Below the pieces are notes generated by a model. It made no database searches, had not been told where the DNA came from, and was given only the letters and a program-made list of their open reading frames with translations. 64,000 bases of DNA from an uncultured delta proteobacterium (GTDB lineage Bacteria; Desulfobacterota; RBG-13-43-22): assembly GCA_963790475.1 (NCBI GenBank), contig CAWBOS010000012.1, positions 224,001 to 288,000 of the forward strand. The letters run 5' to 3'. This document shows positions 38,250-48,525 of the stretch, one piece after another (positions within the stretch are counted from its first letter, which is position 1; the number at the start of each line of letters is the position of its first letter). Both the position numbers and the translations under genes were made by a program.

Positions 38250-39329
38250 TTAATCACCCGGCTGTTTCCCGAATAACTGACCCATTTTCAGTATCAAAGA
38301 CAAATCGCCGGTGACTGTATATTTTTGTTCCATAAACATCTGCTGGCCGTCGGCCTTGCGGGTCAAAATGTCCATCCACAATTCAAATGGCGACTCAATG
38401 GTCACATCCGGGTTTTCAGCCGAACCCTTGCCGGTAACGATGCCGCCGTTTTCAATTTTAAGATAGCAAGGACCCTCAACTTCTCCGGAGAAGTTGAATT
38501 GCATGACGGCCTTCGAGTCTTGGGCGGCCTCCGGATTAAAGCCCATAGACATCAACAGCAGGAAGGTCTCAATGGTATCCGGACGGGGCATGAGTCCCTT
38601 TTCATCAAATTCCCTGGGGGTCACCCCTTCGGCAATGCAGCTCTTCCAGAATAAATTGCCCAATAGGGGGAAATCTTCCTTTTTCTCAACGGTGTCCTGG
38701 GTGATACGTGACATCGTTTCCGGGGAAACGGATAACTGCTCAACGATTTCTCTGCCGGCCTGCCGGAGAGCGGCAAAGATTTCCTGGGTCTTTTCTCCAA
38801 GCCGAGACAGACTTTCAGCCGCCGGCCGATATATTTCCGCCACCAGACTTTCATTATTTCCGAAAACAAACCGCACCCAGGAAGACAACTGATCGAACAC
38901 AGCCCGTTCCGGAAACCCGGCCACGGAAAGGAAAACTGCCTTGGGGGGTTGATGACGAAGGGGATGATGGGTCCGGTCATTATCCTGTTCAAAGAACGGT
39001 TGAGCAACCGGCAAGGTGCGTTCAATAAAGGCCTTCATGGAGGCGTTGATGGTATAATGGTAAAGGGGTGAGGCATAAACCACCAGGTCGGAGGCCAGCC
39101 ATTTGGGAAAGAGCTCCCGGGTCATATCGTCCTGGTGGATACACAGGCCAGGGGTCTTGGTCCAGCAGGTAAAACACCCGGCGCAATAGCGGATCTTTTT
39201 TTTCCGCAGGTCGATCACCTCGACCTCGGCGCCGGCCTCCCGCATCCCTTGAACCAGATGATTCAGCAATAATTCGGTTTTGCTCTGCCCCTCACCCCGG
39301 GGGCTTGAATTTAAAGCGAGCACTTTCAT
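38250..39329 (-). CDS. Iron-sulfur flavoprotein (FMN reductase fold) fused to a C-terminal SCP2 domain
   Basis: LNSSPR, CAGCFTCW...C, ASPLY, MKAFIER; C-terminal QFNFSG...DVTI...FME.K..VTGDL; RBS GAGGAG. Confidence 0.87.
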   Translation of the reverse strand: MKVLALNSSPRGEGQSKTELLLNHLVQGMREAGAEVEVIDLRKKKIRYCAGCFTCWTKTPGLCIHQDDMTRELFPKWLASDLVVYASPLYHYTINASMKAFIERTLPVAQPFFEQDNDRTHHPLRHQPPKAVFLSVAGFPERAVFDQLSSWVRFVFGNNESLVAEIYRPAAESLSRLGEKTQEIFAALRQAGREIVEQLSVSPETMSRITQDTVEKKEDFPLLGNLFWKSCIAEGVTPREFDEKGLMPRPDTIETFLLLMSMGFNPEAAQDSKAVMQFNFSGEVEGPCYLKIENGGIVTGKGSAENPDVTIESPFELWMDILTRKADGQQMFMEQKYTVTGDLSLILKMGQLFGKQPGD

Positions 39330-39704
39330 GGTAGTCTCCTCTTTTGAAAGAGAAAAAACGGCTTTTTCGATCGGATTATTTGCCAATCCCCATTCTTCGA
39401 CTATACACAATTTGAGTTGATTATTGAAGGTTCCAAAATGCAGGACATTCTTATTGATGCCCAAGGACATAAACACTTGAACCGGCTCGTTGCCCGGCCG
39501 ATGAAAATAGCTCATCCTCTCCTGGCAATTTTATTCATCTCTACATTATCCTATCAGCCTTTTCATTAAATTTCCTTAAAAAATTCATGAAAAGATGTAA
39601 TGCCTTTGATCTTGACATTTTTCTTTTTCTCAAAGATAAAGGGTTCAGCTTAAAATTAATTTTTCCCGGTTGCTTCGGGAACCAGTTCAGGTAAAAACGT
39701 CATT

Positions 39705-40937
39705 ATGGTCCTTAACTATATCTGGATAGCCTTCTTTGTCGTCGCCTTTATCCTGGGTCTGATACGACTGATCGTTTTCGGGGATATCGGGGTCTTCCCG
39801 GCCATGATGAACAGTACCTTCGATATGGCCAAAACCGGTTTTGAGGTCTCCCTGGGACTGACCGGGGTGATGACCCTGTGGATGGGACTGATGCGGGTGG
39901 GTGAACAAGGCGGAATTGTGAACCTCATGTCCCGGCTGATGGACCCCCTTTTCCGTCGTCTCTTTCCGGAAATCCCCAAGGGACATCCGGCCGCTGGGTC
40001 GATCATGATGAACATTGCTGCTAACTTGCTGGGACTGGATAACGCGGCCACCCCGCTGGGGTTGAAGGCCATGACCCAGCTCCAGGAGATCAACCCGGAT
40101 AAGGATACCGCCTCCAATGCCATGATCATGTTCCTGGTCCTGAATGCCTCGGGGCTGACCCTCATCCCGGTGAGTATCATGGTTTTCAGGGCCCAACTCG
40201 GCGCAGCCAACCCTTCCGATGTTTTTATCCCCATCCTGCTGGCCACTTTCTGTTCTACCCTGGCCGGCGTGATTTCCGTCGCCCTGATCCAGCGGATCAA
40301 CCTGCTCAACAAAGTTGTCTTGGTCTACCTGGGAGGTTTCACTCTCCTGGTTTCCGGTATCATCTGGTATTTTTCCACCATACCCCAGGCCCGGATCAAT
40401 ACCATTTCTTCCCTTTCAGCCAATATCATCTTATTCGGGGTCATAACTTATTTTATTGTGTTGGCCTTTTTAAAAAAGGTGAACGTTTATGAGGCCTTCA
40501 TCGAAGGGGCCAAGGACGGTTTCTCCATCGCCGTTAAGATCATCCCTTATCTGGTGGCCATTCTGGTGGCGGTAGGGGTCTTCAGAGTCTCCGGGGCCAT
40601 GGATTTCGTGGTAGGCGGAATCGGTTACCTGGTGGCCGCCCTGGGGTTAGACAGCGAATTCGTGAAAGCACTCCCGACGGCCTTTATGAAACCCTTGAGC
40701 GGGTCCGGGGCCCGGGGCATGATGGTGGAGGCCATGAAAAGGTTCGGGGCCGATTCTTTTGTGGGCCGACTGTCATGCGTCTTTCAGGGGGCGTCCGATA
40801 CCACCTTCTATATTCTGGCAATTTATTTCGGTTCAGTCGGAATCCGCAAGACCCGCTATGCGCTGACCTGCGGACTGATCGCCGATTTTGCCGGGGCCCT
40901 GGCCGCTATCTTTATTGCCTACCTTTTTTTCGGTTAG
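39705..40937 (+). CDS. SpmA-SpmB fusion (nucleoside-recognition/Gate domain membrane protein)
   Basis: MVLNYIW, ANLLGLDNAATPLGLKAM, KPLSGSGARG, DTTFYILAIYFGSVGI. Confidence 0.92.
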   Translation: MVLNYIWIAFFVVAFILGLIRLIVFGDIGVFPAMMNSTFDMAKTGFEVSLGLTGVMTLWMGLMRVGEQGGIVNLMSRLMDPLFRRLFPEIPKGHPAAGSIMMNIAANLLGLDNAATPLGLKAMTQLQEINPDKDTASNAMIMFLVLNASGLTLIPVSIMVFRAQLGAANPSDVFIPILLATFCSTLAGVISVALIQRINLLNKVVLVYLGGFTLLVSGIIWYFSTIPQARINTISSLSANIILFGVITYFIVLAFLKKVNVYEAFIEGAKDGFSIAVKIIPYLVAILVAVGVFRVSGAMDFVVGGIGYLVAALGLDSEFVKALPTAFMKPLSGSGARGMMVEAMKRFGADSFVGRLSCVFQGASDTTFYILAIYFGSVGIRKTRYALTCGLIADFAGALAAIFIAYLFFG

Positions 40938-41144
40938 CAGGTTGCTGAAAAAGTCCCATCTATCCCGCCAACGTTATTGCCCTCATCCCTCCCCGCCTTT
41001 CGGCGGGGCAGGCGATGCGGCGTACTTCGATGTACGACTTATTCCTCAGGATTTCTTCGCGTAAAAGACAACGCCCAGTCCCACCCCTTCGGGGCGGGTT
41101 CCCGGTTTCGGGTGCCTTGTATCTGGGCCTTTTTGAGCAACCTG
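40938..41144. mobile_element. ~207 bp MITE
   Basis: TIR CAGGTTGCTGAAAAAG / CTTTTTGAGCAACCTG, right after the TAG stop; internal small hairpins CCCCGCCTTTCGGCGGGG and CCCACCCCTTCGGGGCGGG. Confidence 0.75.
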
Positions 41145-41320
41145 ACCTATATGGTGTTTCCACATAAATAGGGACACATCCCCATTTCCAGCCCCGTCAA
41201 ATTTTTCAAACTGCAAAAAAGTCCTCACGGCATAAAGATAAACCGATTGTGAGCAGATTCTGCCTGGAGAAAATCATGGTCCAGCTTTGACCTATTTTTC
41301 ATTCTGGGTTTCCCACTGGT

Positions 41321-42082
41321 CTACGGAGTTATCGTTTGGCCGCCTCCGACGGTAATGGAATAGCCGGTCATATAGGAGGCCTCATCTGAACAAAGCCATA
41401 ATACGGCACTGGCGATTTCTTCGGGTTTTCCGAATCTGCCCATGGGCACCGTGGCCAGGTAAGCCTCTTTCATGGCTGGTCTTTCAATAAATCCTTCTTC
41501 CAGCATGGGGGTCATGATCGGACCAGGGCAGACAGCGTTGATGCGGATGTTTTTGGTGGCGTAATCGGAGGCGGCCGATTTGGTCAGGCCCAAAACCCCA
41601 TGCTTGCTGGCGCTGTAAATGGCCATGCCCGGCGACCCGCTTATTCCGGCGGTGGAGGCCGTGTTGACTATGGCCCCGCCTCCCTGTTTCAACATGAGCT
41701 GGATTTCCTGTTTCAGGCAAAGCCACACCCCCCTGAGGTTGGTGTTGATGACCAGGTCCCAGTTTTCCATGGTTTGTCTGACCAGACGATTCATGGGGCC
41801 GCCCACCCCGGCATTGTTGAAGGCCACATCGAGTTTTCCATATTGATCGATGATCTCTTTAAAAAGGTTTTCTACTGCCGTGGGGTTAGTGACATCGGTC
41901 TTAATGTAATGGGCATAACCGCCTTCTTTCTTAATCTCCCGGACCACGGCTTGACCGAGATCCTCCCGACGCGCGGCTATGACAACACTGGCGCCATCTC
42001 TGGCAAAGGCCAGGGAGGTCGCCCTCCCAATGCCCGAATTACCTCCAGTGACCAGGGCCACTTTATCTTCGAATCTTTTCAT
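41321..42082 (-). CDS. SDR oxidoreductase (glucose 1-dehydrogenase-like)
   Basis: TGGNSGIG, FNNAG, YSASKHG, NAVCPG. Confidence 0.93.
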   Translation of the reverse strand: MKRFEDKVALVTGGNSGIGRATSLAFARDGASVVIAARREDLGQAVVREIKKEGGYAHYIKTDVTNPTAVENLFKEIIDQYGKLDVAFNNAGVGGPMNRLVRQTMENWDLVINTNLRGVWLCLKQEIQLMLKQGGGAIVNTASTAGISGSPGMAIYSASKHGVLGLTKSAASDYATKNIRINAVCPGPIMTPMLEEGFIERPAMKEAYLATVPMGRFGKPEEIASAVLWLCSDEASYMTGYSITVGGGQTITP

Positions 42083-42201
42083 GATCTTTCCTCCTGTGCG
42101 AAGAATTGATTGGCTGTTGCTTTTGTCTGAAAAGAATATAAAATGGAGATGAAAAGAGAGTCAAGGAGAAAAGGGGGCCGAAGAATAGGAGATAGTTCGA
42201 C

Positions 42202-44442
42202 ATGGTTACGAAGCAGGAGCCAGGAGAGCAGATGGAAAAGCAAAATCATACGGTGAACGATAGGCAAACTCGGGTCGGTCGATTCGTTGATGGGCCGTTG
42301 ATCGGCGCTGATTACAGCACGCCAACCGAGAAAGGTGTAAGCAATGCCGTCGGAGCTTTTCGTTTTCGTGATGGAGAGAGGGTCACCTGGAACATCGGAC
42401 GGCTTTCTTTAGGCACCTCTGAGGCCAAAGACCGGATCACCCCTGCCGATCTGGTCCTTATTGCTTGCGATCATCCCTCACCCCTAACGGATCAACGGGT
42501 GATCAACCGGGCGCGATTTCTGCACAGCCTTGCTTCGGAAACCGATCTGGCCCGGGGTATTATGATCAGCCCGGCTATCAGGGCCGAAATCGATCAAGCG
42601 GCCGACCAGATCAATTTTGACCAGGACGAGGAAGGCTTTATCGCCGATCCATCGGTACGGAGACTTTTCGAGAAGCTCGGGCTGAGATTGCGCAGCGTCG
42701 AGGAGTCTCGCAACCATCTTCGTCGCAGTATGGCCGGTATCAAGAAGATTTTCGACGTCAAAGTCCCCACCCGGGACGGCTCTTATCTCCTGGCGGACGT
42801 CTATCGCCCTTTGGATGAGGGGCGTTATCCGGTTATTCTGCGGCTAAGTGTTTACGGCAAGGCCTTCGGTACCGGTTCTATCTGTTCCCCTGAGGATTAC
42901 CTGCGCAGTGAAAAGCGGGAGGATGCCTGGTTCCAGGAACGCCGCAAGGGCCTGGCCCCTTCTCTAAGATACGCCGAAAATGTCGTCAGCGCCAATACCA
43001 TGGACTGGGTACCGCGCGGGTATGTACTGGTGCGTGTTGACTGCCGGGGTGTCGGACGCACACCCGGCAAGCTTAATCCCTTTTCCAAACGAGAAGCGGA
43101 AGATTATTTCGATGTAATCGAATGGGCCGCGGTCCAGCCCTGGAGCAGCGGGAAGGTCGGTCTCCACGGGGCCTCTTATGCGGCCACCATCCAATGGAAC
43201 GTTGCCGCCCTCGGGCCTCCTTCCCTGAAAGCCATGATTCCCTGGACCGGAGATGCCGATTCGTACCGCGATCTCTCCTACCCCGGCGGTATCTTCAACG
43301 AGGGATACCGGCGTCAATGGTGGGCCAACCTGTTAGGGAACTCTTGCGGGGCCGAGACCGTTAATCTGATCGGCGATATGCTGGCCCATCCCTTTGACGA
43401 TCCCGAGGTCTACGGACCCCAGGGTAGCGGCCCGCTCAGTGCTGATTTCAACCGCATCACCACTCCCTTTTTGACGGCCGTCAGTCAGACAGGGGTATTG
43501 CATGCCCGGGCCGGTTTCGAGGCTTTTTCATTATCGCCCTCCCCGTACAAGCGGCTGGTCGTGGTTGACGCCAATTACTTCAAGTTTCTTTACCGGGATT
43601 GTCTGAAGGACCAGTTCGCCTTTTTCGATCGTTGGCTTAAAGAAATAGACGACGAGACCACATCGTTACCGCCGGTTCGGATGATCATGCGGATCGGTCA
43701 AGGCGGCTTCGAATGGCGGGACGAAGAGACCTGGCCTGTTCCCGACACCCTATATCGAAGTTTCTTTCTTGATGCCGGGGCCAAGGGTCCCTTGATAGAG
43801 GTTGATCCGGCCAGACCGTATTTGAAACTAGCCGACTCATTGCCGTTGTCCGGGGCCCAGGTCGTATACCCGGCTGAGGTCGATGATGAAGGAGGGTATG
43901 CCCAATCGGGCGTGTCCTTCCTTTCGGATGTTCTGGTCGAAGACCTCGAGCTGGCCGGCCACTTCACAACTACCCTTTGGGTTTCCTCCACTTCTTTTGA
44001 CATGGATGTCTATGTGGCCCTAAGAGTAATCGGACCGGACGGTGTTGAAGTGCCTTATGCCGTTTATGCCCGCCAGTCCAAGGCCCCGGTGACCTGGGGG
44101 TGTCTCAAGGTTTCTCAAAGGAAGCTCGATCTTATCCGTTCTACAATTGATCGTCCCTGGCATACCCATCGTAATCTCGACCAGCAACTACTTGGATCAC
44201 CGGACGGGATCGTTCAGATCGAGGTGGAGCTGATGCCGGCCACAGCCAGGATTTCCGCGGGAAATCGCCTTCGCCTCGACGTCCAACCGGTGGAAGGGGA
44301 AGGGGGTTTTCTCGACGCCCAGGGCCGTCCGGCCCGCCGTGCCTATGATTCAAGTTATCACCAGGGGGCGGAAAATGTTATTCACACCGGGAGCAAGTTC
44401 CCGAGTTCAATCCGGGTTCCTGTTGTGACGCGCCGTTCTTGA
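42202..44442 (+). CDS. CocE/NonD family hydrolase with an extra N-terminal domain
   Basis: VPTRDG..LLADVYRP, VDCRG, GASY nucleophile, PepX_C-like tail; start could be 42232. Confidence 0.87.
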   Translation: MVTKQEPGEQMEKQNHTVNDRQTRVGRFVDGPLIGADYSTPTEKGVSNAVGAFRFRDGERVTWNIGRLSLGTSEAKDRITPADLVLIACDHPSPLTDQRVINRARFLHSLASETDLARGIMISPAIRAEIDQAADQINFDQDEEGFIADPSVRRLFEKLGLRLRSVEESRNHLRRSMAGIKKIFDVKVPTRDGSYLLADVYRPLDEGRYPVILRLSVYGKAFGTGSICSPEDYLRSEKREDAWFQERRKGLAPSLRYAENVVSANTMDWVPRGYVLVRVDCRGVGRTPGKLNPFSKREAEDYFDVIEWAAVQPWSSGKVGLHGASYAATIQWNVAALGPPSLKAMIPWTGDADSYRDLSYPGGIFNEGYRRQWWANLLGNSCGAETVNLIGDMLAHPFDDPEVYGPQGSGPLSADFNRITTPFLTAVSQTGVLHARAGFEAFSLSPSPYKRLVVVDANYFKFLYRDCLKDQFAFFDRWLKEIDDETTSLPPVRMIMRIGQGGFEWRDEETWPVPDTLYRSFFLDAGAKGPLIEVDPARPYLKLADSLPLSGAQVVYPAEVDDEGGYAQSGVSFLSDVLVEDLELAGHFTTTLWVSSTSFDMDVYVALRVIGPDGVEVPYAVYARQSKAPVTWGCLKVSQRKLDLIRSTIDRPWHTHRNLDQQLLGSPDGIVQIEVELMPATARISAGNRLRLDVQPVEGEGGFLDAQGRPARRAYDSSYHQGAENVIHTGSKFPSSIRVPVVTRRS

Positions 44443-44470
44443 TCCGCAAAAAAATATTGAGGAGGAACAG

Positions 44471-45433
44471 ATGAAAGCAGCCGTATACTATGAAACAGGC
44501 AAGCCTGATGTTTTTAAATATGAAGACGTTCCGGACCCGTCCTGTGGTCCTTGGGATATTGTTATCGATATCAAAGCGATTTCCATTGAAGGCGGTGACG
44601 TGCTCAATCGGGCCGGAGGCCTTATGCCAAAAGTTCCCCACATTGTCGGATATGATGCCGCCGGCGTTATTTGCCAGGTAGGACAAAAAGTCACCAATCG
44701 CCAAATCGGGCAGAGGGTGACCACCTTGAGTCCCTTCGGCTCCCATGCTGAAAAACGCGCCGCGCCAGCGATCACCTCCTGGCTCATTCCGGATAAGGTA
44801 TCTTTTGAAGAGGCCGCTTGCGTGCCGGTGACTTTCGGTACCGCCCATGAATGCCTGTTCGAATTCGGCCATTTAAAGGCCGGGGAGACTGTTCTCATCC
44901 AGGCCGGGGCCGGCGGTGTGGGCCTGGCGGCCATTCAGTTGGCCAAACGAGCCGGGGCCAGGGTGCTGGCCACCGCTTCCAGTAATCAACGATTGGAACG
45001 ATTGAAAGAATATGGATTGGATGAAGGTATAAATTATGGAGAAAAGGATCTCGTGGCCGAGGTCAGGCGATTGACCGACAACCAGGGAGTGGATCTGGTG
45101 GTCGACGGAGTCGGGGGCGAGGTACTGCAAAAAAGTATTGATGCAGCACGTGCCCGAGGCCGTATTATTACCTTCGGCCAGGCCGGACGCGGCTTTCGCA
45201 GGGTGGATGTCAGCAGCCTGGCCATGGGCAACAAAACGCTGACCGGGGTTTTCCTGGGTGCCGAGATCGCTACTGAGCGGGTGCAGAAAATGATCAATCA
45301 GTTATTGGAGGATATCGCCGCCGGAGATATCAAGGTGCCTATCGATCGAAAGTTTCCCCTCTCCCAGGCGGCTGAGGCTCATGCCTATATCGAGAGCCGT
45401 CAGGCGGTGGGCCGGGTGCTGTTGATACCCTAA
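44471..45433 (+). CDS. MDR family NAD(P)H:quinone oxidoreductase-like protein
   Basis: GYDAAG, GETVLIQAGAGGVG, AHAYIESR..GRVLL; no Zn-binding Cys motif. Confidence 0.92.
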   Translation: MKAAVYYETGKPDVFKYEDVPDPSCGPWDIVIDIKAISIEGGDVLNRAGGLMPKVPHIVGYDAAGVICQVGQKVTNRQIGQRVTTLSPFGSHAEKRAAPAITSWLIPDKVSFEEAACVPVTFGTAHECLFEFGHLKAGETVLIQAGAGGVGLAAIQLAKRAGARVLATASSNQRLERLKEYGLDEGINYGEKDLVAEVRRLTDNQGVDLVVDGVGGEVLQKSIDAARARGRIITFGQAGRGFRRVDVSSLAMGNKTLTGVFLGAEIATERVQKMINQLLEDIAAGDIKVPIDRKFPLSQAAEAHAYIESRQAVGRVLLIP

Positions 45434-45539
45434 GGGCGAAGAAAAGGTCCATTCCGACAAGTGGGGGGGAATAAGTTGTTTGAGAACCAATGTCCCTCTT
45501 CCCTTACGAATCCGTTATTTTTGAAAGGTTTATTTTCTT

Positions 45540-47693
45540 ATGGTTGAGTTTAAATATTCCAACGTGGAGCGGGAGATGGAGGTTTATGGCTATGATTCGG
45601 TGGTCCGGAGTCATTGCCGTAATTGCCATGGCGGATGCGGGGTCCTGGTCTATGTCAAGGACGATAAAATTGCCAAGATAGCAGGCGACCCCGCTTGTCC
45701 CGTCAGCCACGGGACCCTTTGCAGCAAGGGACTGGCCTCCACCCAGCTCGTCTACCACCCGGACCGGCTTACCTATCCGGTGAAACGGAAAGGCCCCAAG
45801 GGAAGCGGAAAATGGGAGCGCATCACCTGGGATGAGGCCCTGGAGACGATTGCCGGTCGGATCCTGGCCTACAAGGAAGAGTTCGGCGCCGAATCGGTCG
45901 TTTTCGGATACGGGACCGGTCGGGAAAATGAAGCGGTCATCTACCGGATTGCCAATCTGTTGGGGTCTCCTAATGTGTTGACCGCCGGCCATTTCTGCTA
46001 CGGTCCGCGGATTGCCACCAGCATCCTTACCTGCGGCACCAATCCGATCGTCGATTATGAAAATCATCCCCAATGTCTCATGATGTGGGGGAACAATGTG
46101 GTCATCAGCAACCCGGATTGTTACAAGGGCGAACCGTTTTCCGTGGCCCTGGATGCGGGGGCGAAATTGATCGTCGTTGATCCCCGGCTGACTCGGGCCG
46201 CGGCCCGGGCCGACGTCTGGCTCCAGCTCCGTCCGGGAACGGACACGGCCCTGGCCTTGGGTCTGGCCCAGGTCATCGTTAACGAGGGGCTCTATGACCG
46301 GGAATTTGTCGAGAACTATACCCACGGGTGGGAAGAGTTCGTTAGACGGGTGAATGAATATCCCCTGGAAAAGGTGGAACGGATCACCTGGATTCCCCGC
46401 GAAAAGATCGAACAAGCGGCCCGCCTCTTTGCCGAGACCAAACCGGCGGCCATTCAGTGGGGAGTGGCCATCGAGCAACAGAATACCTGTGCCGACAACG
46501 ACCGGATCCTCATGTGTCTCATGGGGATCACCGGCAACATAGATCGGCCCGGCGGCCAGGTGCTCTTCAAGACGCCGCCCATACACAACGTGGGCAAATT
46601 CGGGGCCCATGGGATGCTGCCTCCCGAGCAGGCGGCCAAACGACTGGGAGGGGACCGTTTCCGTCTGGCCGGCCGATTCGCCATCATCCAGCCCAAGGCA
46701 GTCTGGGATGCCATTCTCGATGAAAAACCCTATCCGGTCAAAATGCTCTTCTTCATCAGTTCGAATCCGCTTATGACCAGGGCCAACGCCCGTGAGGTCT
46801 ACCGGGCTTTGGAAAAGGTGGACTTTATGGCCGTGTCTGATTTCTTTTTGACCCCTACCGCGGAATTAGCCGATATCGTCCTGCCGGCCTCCACCTGGCT
46901 GGAGATGGACTACATCGGAGATTTTTGGAAACGTCACGGCCGTCTCCTGCCGCGCCGCAAAGTCGTCCAGATCGGGGAGTGTCGCTCGGACCACGAGATG
47001 CTCAACGACCTGGCTCATCGCCTCGGCCAGGGGCAGTTCTGGTGGGACTCCTTCGAAGGCGGCCTGGACTACATCCTGAGACCCATGGGCATCACCTGGC
47101 AGGAATTTAAAAAAATGGACTGCATCCGGGGAGAGGTAAAATACGAGAAATATAAAGAGGCGGGATTCTCCACCCCTACCCGGAAGTTCGAGCTCTTAAG
47201 CACCACCCTGGAGAAGATGGGCTATGATCCCTTACCGCAATTCAGGGAACCGCCGGAAAGCCCGGTCAGCACACCCCAACTCTATGAGGAATATCCCTAT
47301 ATCCTGATCACCGGCGCCAGGCAGCCGGGGTTTTTTCACACTGAAAATCGACAGGTGCCCTGGCTCAGGGAGCTGCACTCGGACCCGATGGTCGAACTCC
47401 ATCCGGACACGGCCGCCAAAGAAGGCATTCAAGAAGGGGACTGGGTGATCATCGAGTCTTTACGGGGTAAGGTCCGGCAGCGGGCTAAACTTTTTGCCGG
47501 TATGGACCCCCGGGTAGTTGCCGCCCAGCATGCCTGGTGGTTTCCGGAAAAAAAAGATCCCGGCCACGGCTGGGACGAGTCGAACATCAATATCCTGACC
47601 GACAACGCCTATGAAACCATGGACCCGGCCATGGGGGCCAGCAGCATCAGGACGCTGCTAGTCAAAATCTATCCGGAAAGGAGTCGTTCTTAA
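45540..47693 (+). CDS. Mo/W-bisPGD oxidoreductase catalytic subunit, acetylene-hydratase-like
   Basis: CRNCHGGC...C, YPVKR, GSPN-x7-C, PGTDTAL, TPTAELADIVLP, HAWWFPE; no TAT signal. Confidence 0.92.
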   Translation: MVEFKYSNVEREMEVYGYDSVVRSHCRNCHGGCGVLVYVKDDKIAKIAGDPACPVSHGTLCSKGLASTQLVYHPDRLTYPVKRKGPKGSGKWERITWDEALETIAGRILAYKEEFGAESVVFGYGTGRENEAVIYRIANLLGSPNVLTAGHFCYGPRIATSILTCGTNPIVDYENHPQCLMMWGNNVVISNPDCYKGEPFSVALDAGAKLIVVDPRLTRAAARADVWLQLRPGTDTALALGLAQVIVNEGLYDREFVENYTHGWEEFVRRVNEYPLEKVERITWIPREKIEQAARLFAETKPAAIQWGVAIEQQNTCADNDRILMCLMGITGNIDRPGGQVLFKTPPIHNVGKFGAHGMLPPEQAAKRLGGDRFRLAGRFAIIQPKAVWDAILDEKPYPVKMLFFISSNPLMTRANAREVYRALEKVDFMAVSDFFLTPTAELADIVLPASTWLEMDYIGDFWKRHGRLLPRRKVVQIGECRSDHEMLNDLAHRLGQGQFWWDSFEGGLDYILRPMGITWQEFKKMDCIRGEVKYEKYKEAGFSTPTRKFELLSTTLEKMGYDPLPQFREPPESPVSTPQLYEEYPYILITGARQPGFFHTENRQVPWLRELHSDPMVELHPDTAAKEGIQEGDWVIIESLRGKVRQRAKLFAGMDPRVVAAQHAWWFPEKKDPGHGWDESNINILTDNAYETMDPAMGASSIRTLLVKIYPERSRS

Positions 47694-47712
47694 AAGAGTA
47701 TGAATCCAGTAA

Positions 47713-47845
47713 TGATGGACTTGTAAAAAGTTGTCACCCCGGTGAAAACCGGGGTCCAGGTGGTTTTCTAACTTCTTAAAATCCTGGATTCCGACTTTCG
47801 TCGGAATGACGGTCACGGCCTTTGGGCGACTTTCTGCATGACCAT
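47713..47845. repeat. MITE-like element (family E) with an inverted REP pair
   Basis: TGATGGACTTGTAAAAAGT; GTCACCCCGGTGAAAACCGGGGTCCAG; CTGGATTCCGACTTTCGTCGGAATGAC. Confidence 0.7.
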
Positions 47846-48017
47846 ATGTATAATTTCTTCTCAAAATTAAAACTTAAAAAAAGTCAGTAGGATTTTTTAC
47901 AATTTAATTGCCGTTGTAATAGAACAGGTGTTGAACCAAGAGGCGGATTTTTTCTTTGTCATTCCGGTCCCGCCTCCCCTGCGGGATAGACTCCAGCCGG
48001 AATCCAGGGAGGCGGGA

Positions 48018-48306
48018 ATGAACAAACAATTCGCGGTATACATTCTGGCAAGCAAAAAAAATGGCACCCTTTATATCGGTGTGACATCAACTTTGGTCAA
48101 AAGAATATGGGAACACAAAAACAATTTAGTAGAGGGATTTACTAAACGCTATAATGTTCATCTGCTGGTTTGGTATGAATTGCATGAGAATATTGAATCC
48201 GCTTATGAGAGAAAAACAATTGAAAGAATGGAAGAGAAAATGGAAACTCGAATTGATTGAGAATATTAATCCGGGATGGGAGGATTTATATTACAAAATT
48301 GTTTGA
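48018..48306 (+). pseudogene. Small GIY-YIG nuclease, frameshifted near 48203
   Basis: VYILAS..GTLYIGVTS..RIWEHK, GFT.RY; the shifted frame continues REKQLKEWKRKWKLELIENINPGWEDL to TGA at 48304-48306. Confidence 0.87.
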
Positions 48307-48322
48307 CTGGATTCCGGCTTTC

Positions 48323-48464
48323 GAGACTGTGTCGTAATTGCATCCATGTCATTTCGTGCAAGCGAAGCGCGACACGGAATCCAGTATTTCCAATAAGTTC
48401 TGGATACCGGCTTTCGCCGGTATGACGGCCTTGATGGCACTTTTATTAATTACGACACAGTCTC
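48323..48464. mobile_element. 142 bp MITE (family D, copy 2) inserted in a REP loop
   Basis: TIR GAGACTGTGTCGTAATT / AATTACGACACAGTCTC; TSD TTC. Confidence 0.85.
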
Positions 48465-48525
48465 TTCGTCTGAATGACGTTGAGATTGAACTGGTTCTTA
48501 CAGGTAAAAAGAGGGAGATGATTCA

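Noticed and set aside
39330-39515. Upstream extensions in the ORF track (39515, 11671, 24147, 28643, 14909, 62204)
   Set aside because: Downstream ATGs match family N-termini and mostly have better RBSs
45504-46610. Long antisense or overlapping ORFs (e.g. 45504-46610, 56263-57369, 9194-10120, 59711-60448)
   Set aside because: Shadow frames of well-supported genes with no motifs of their own
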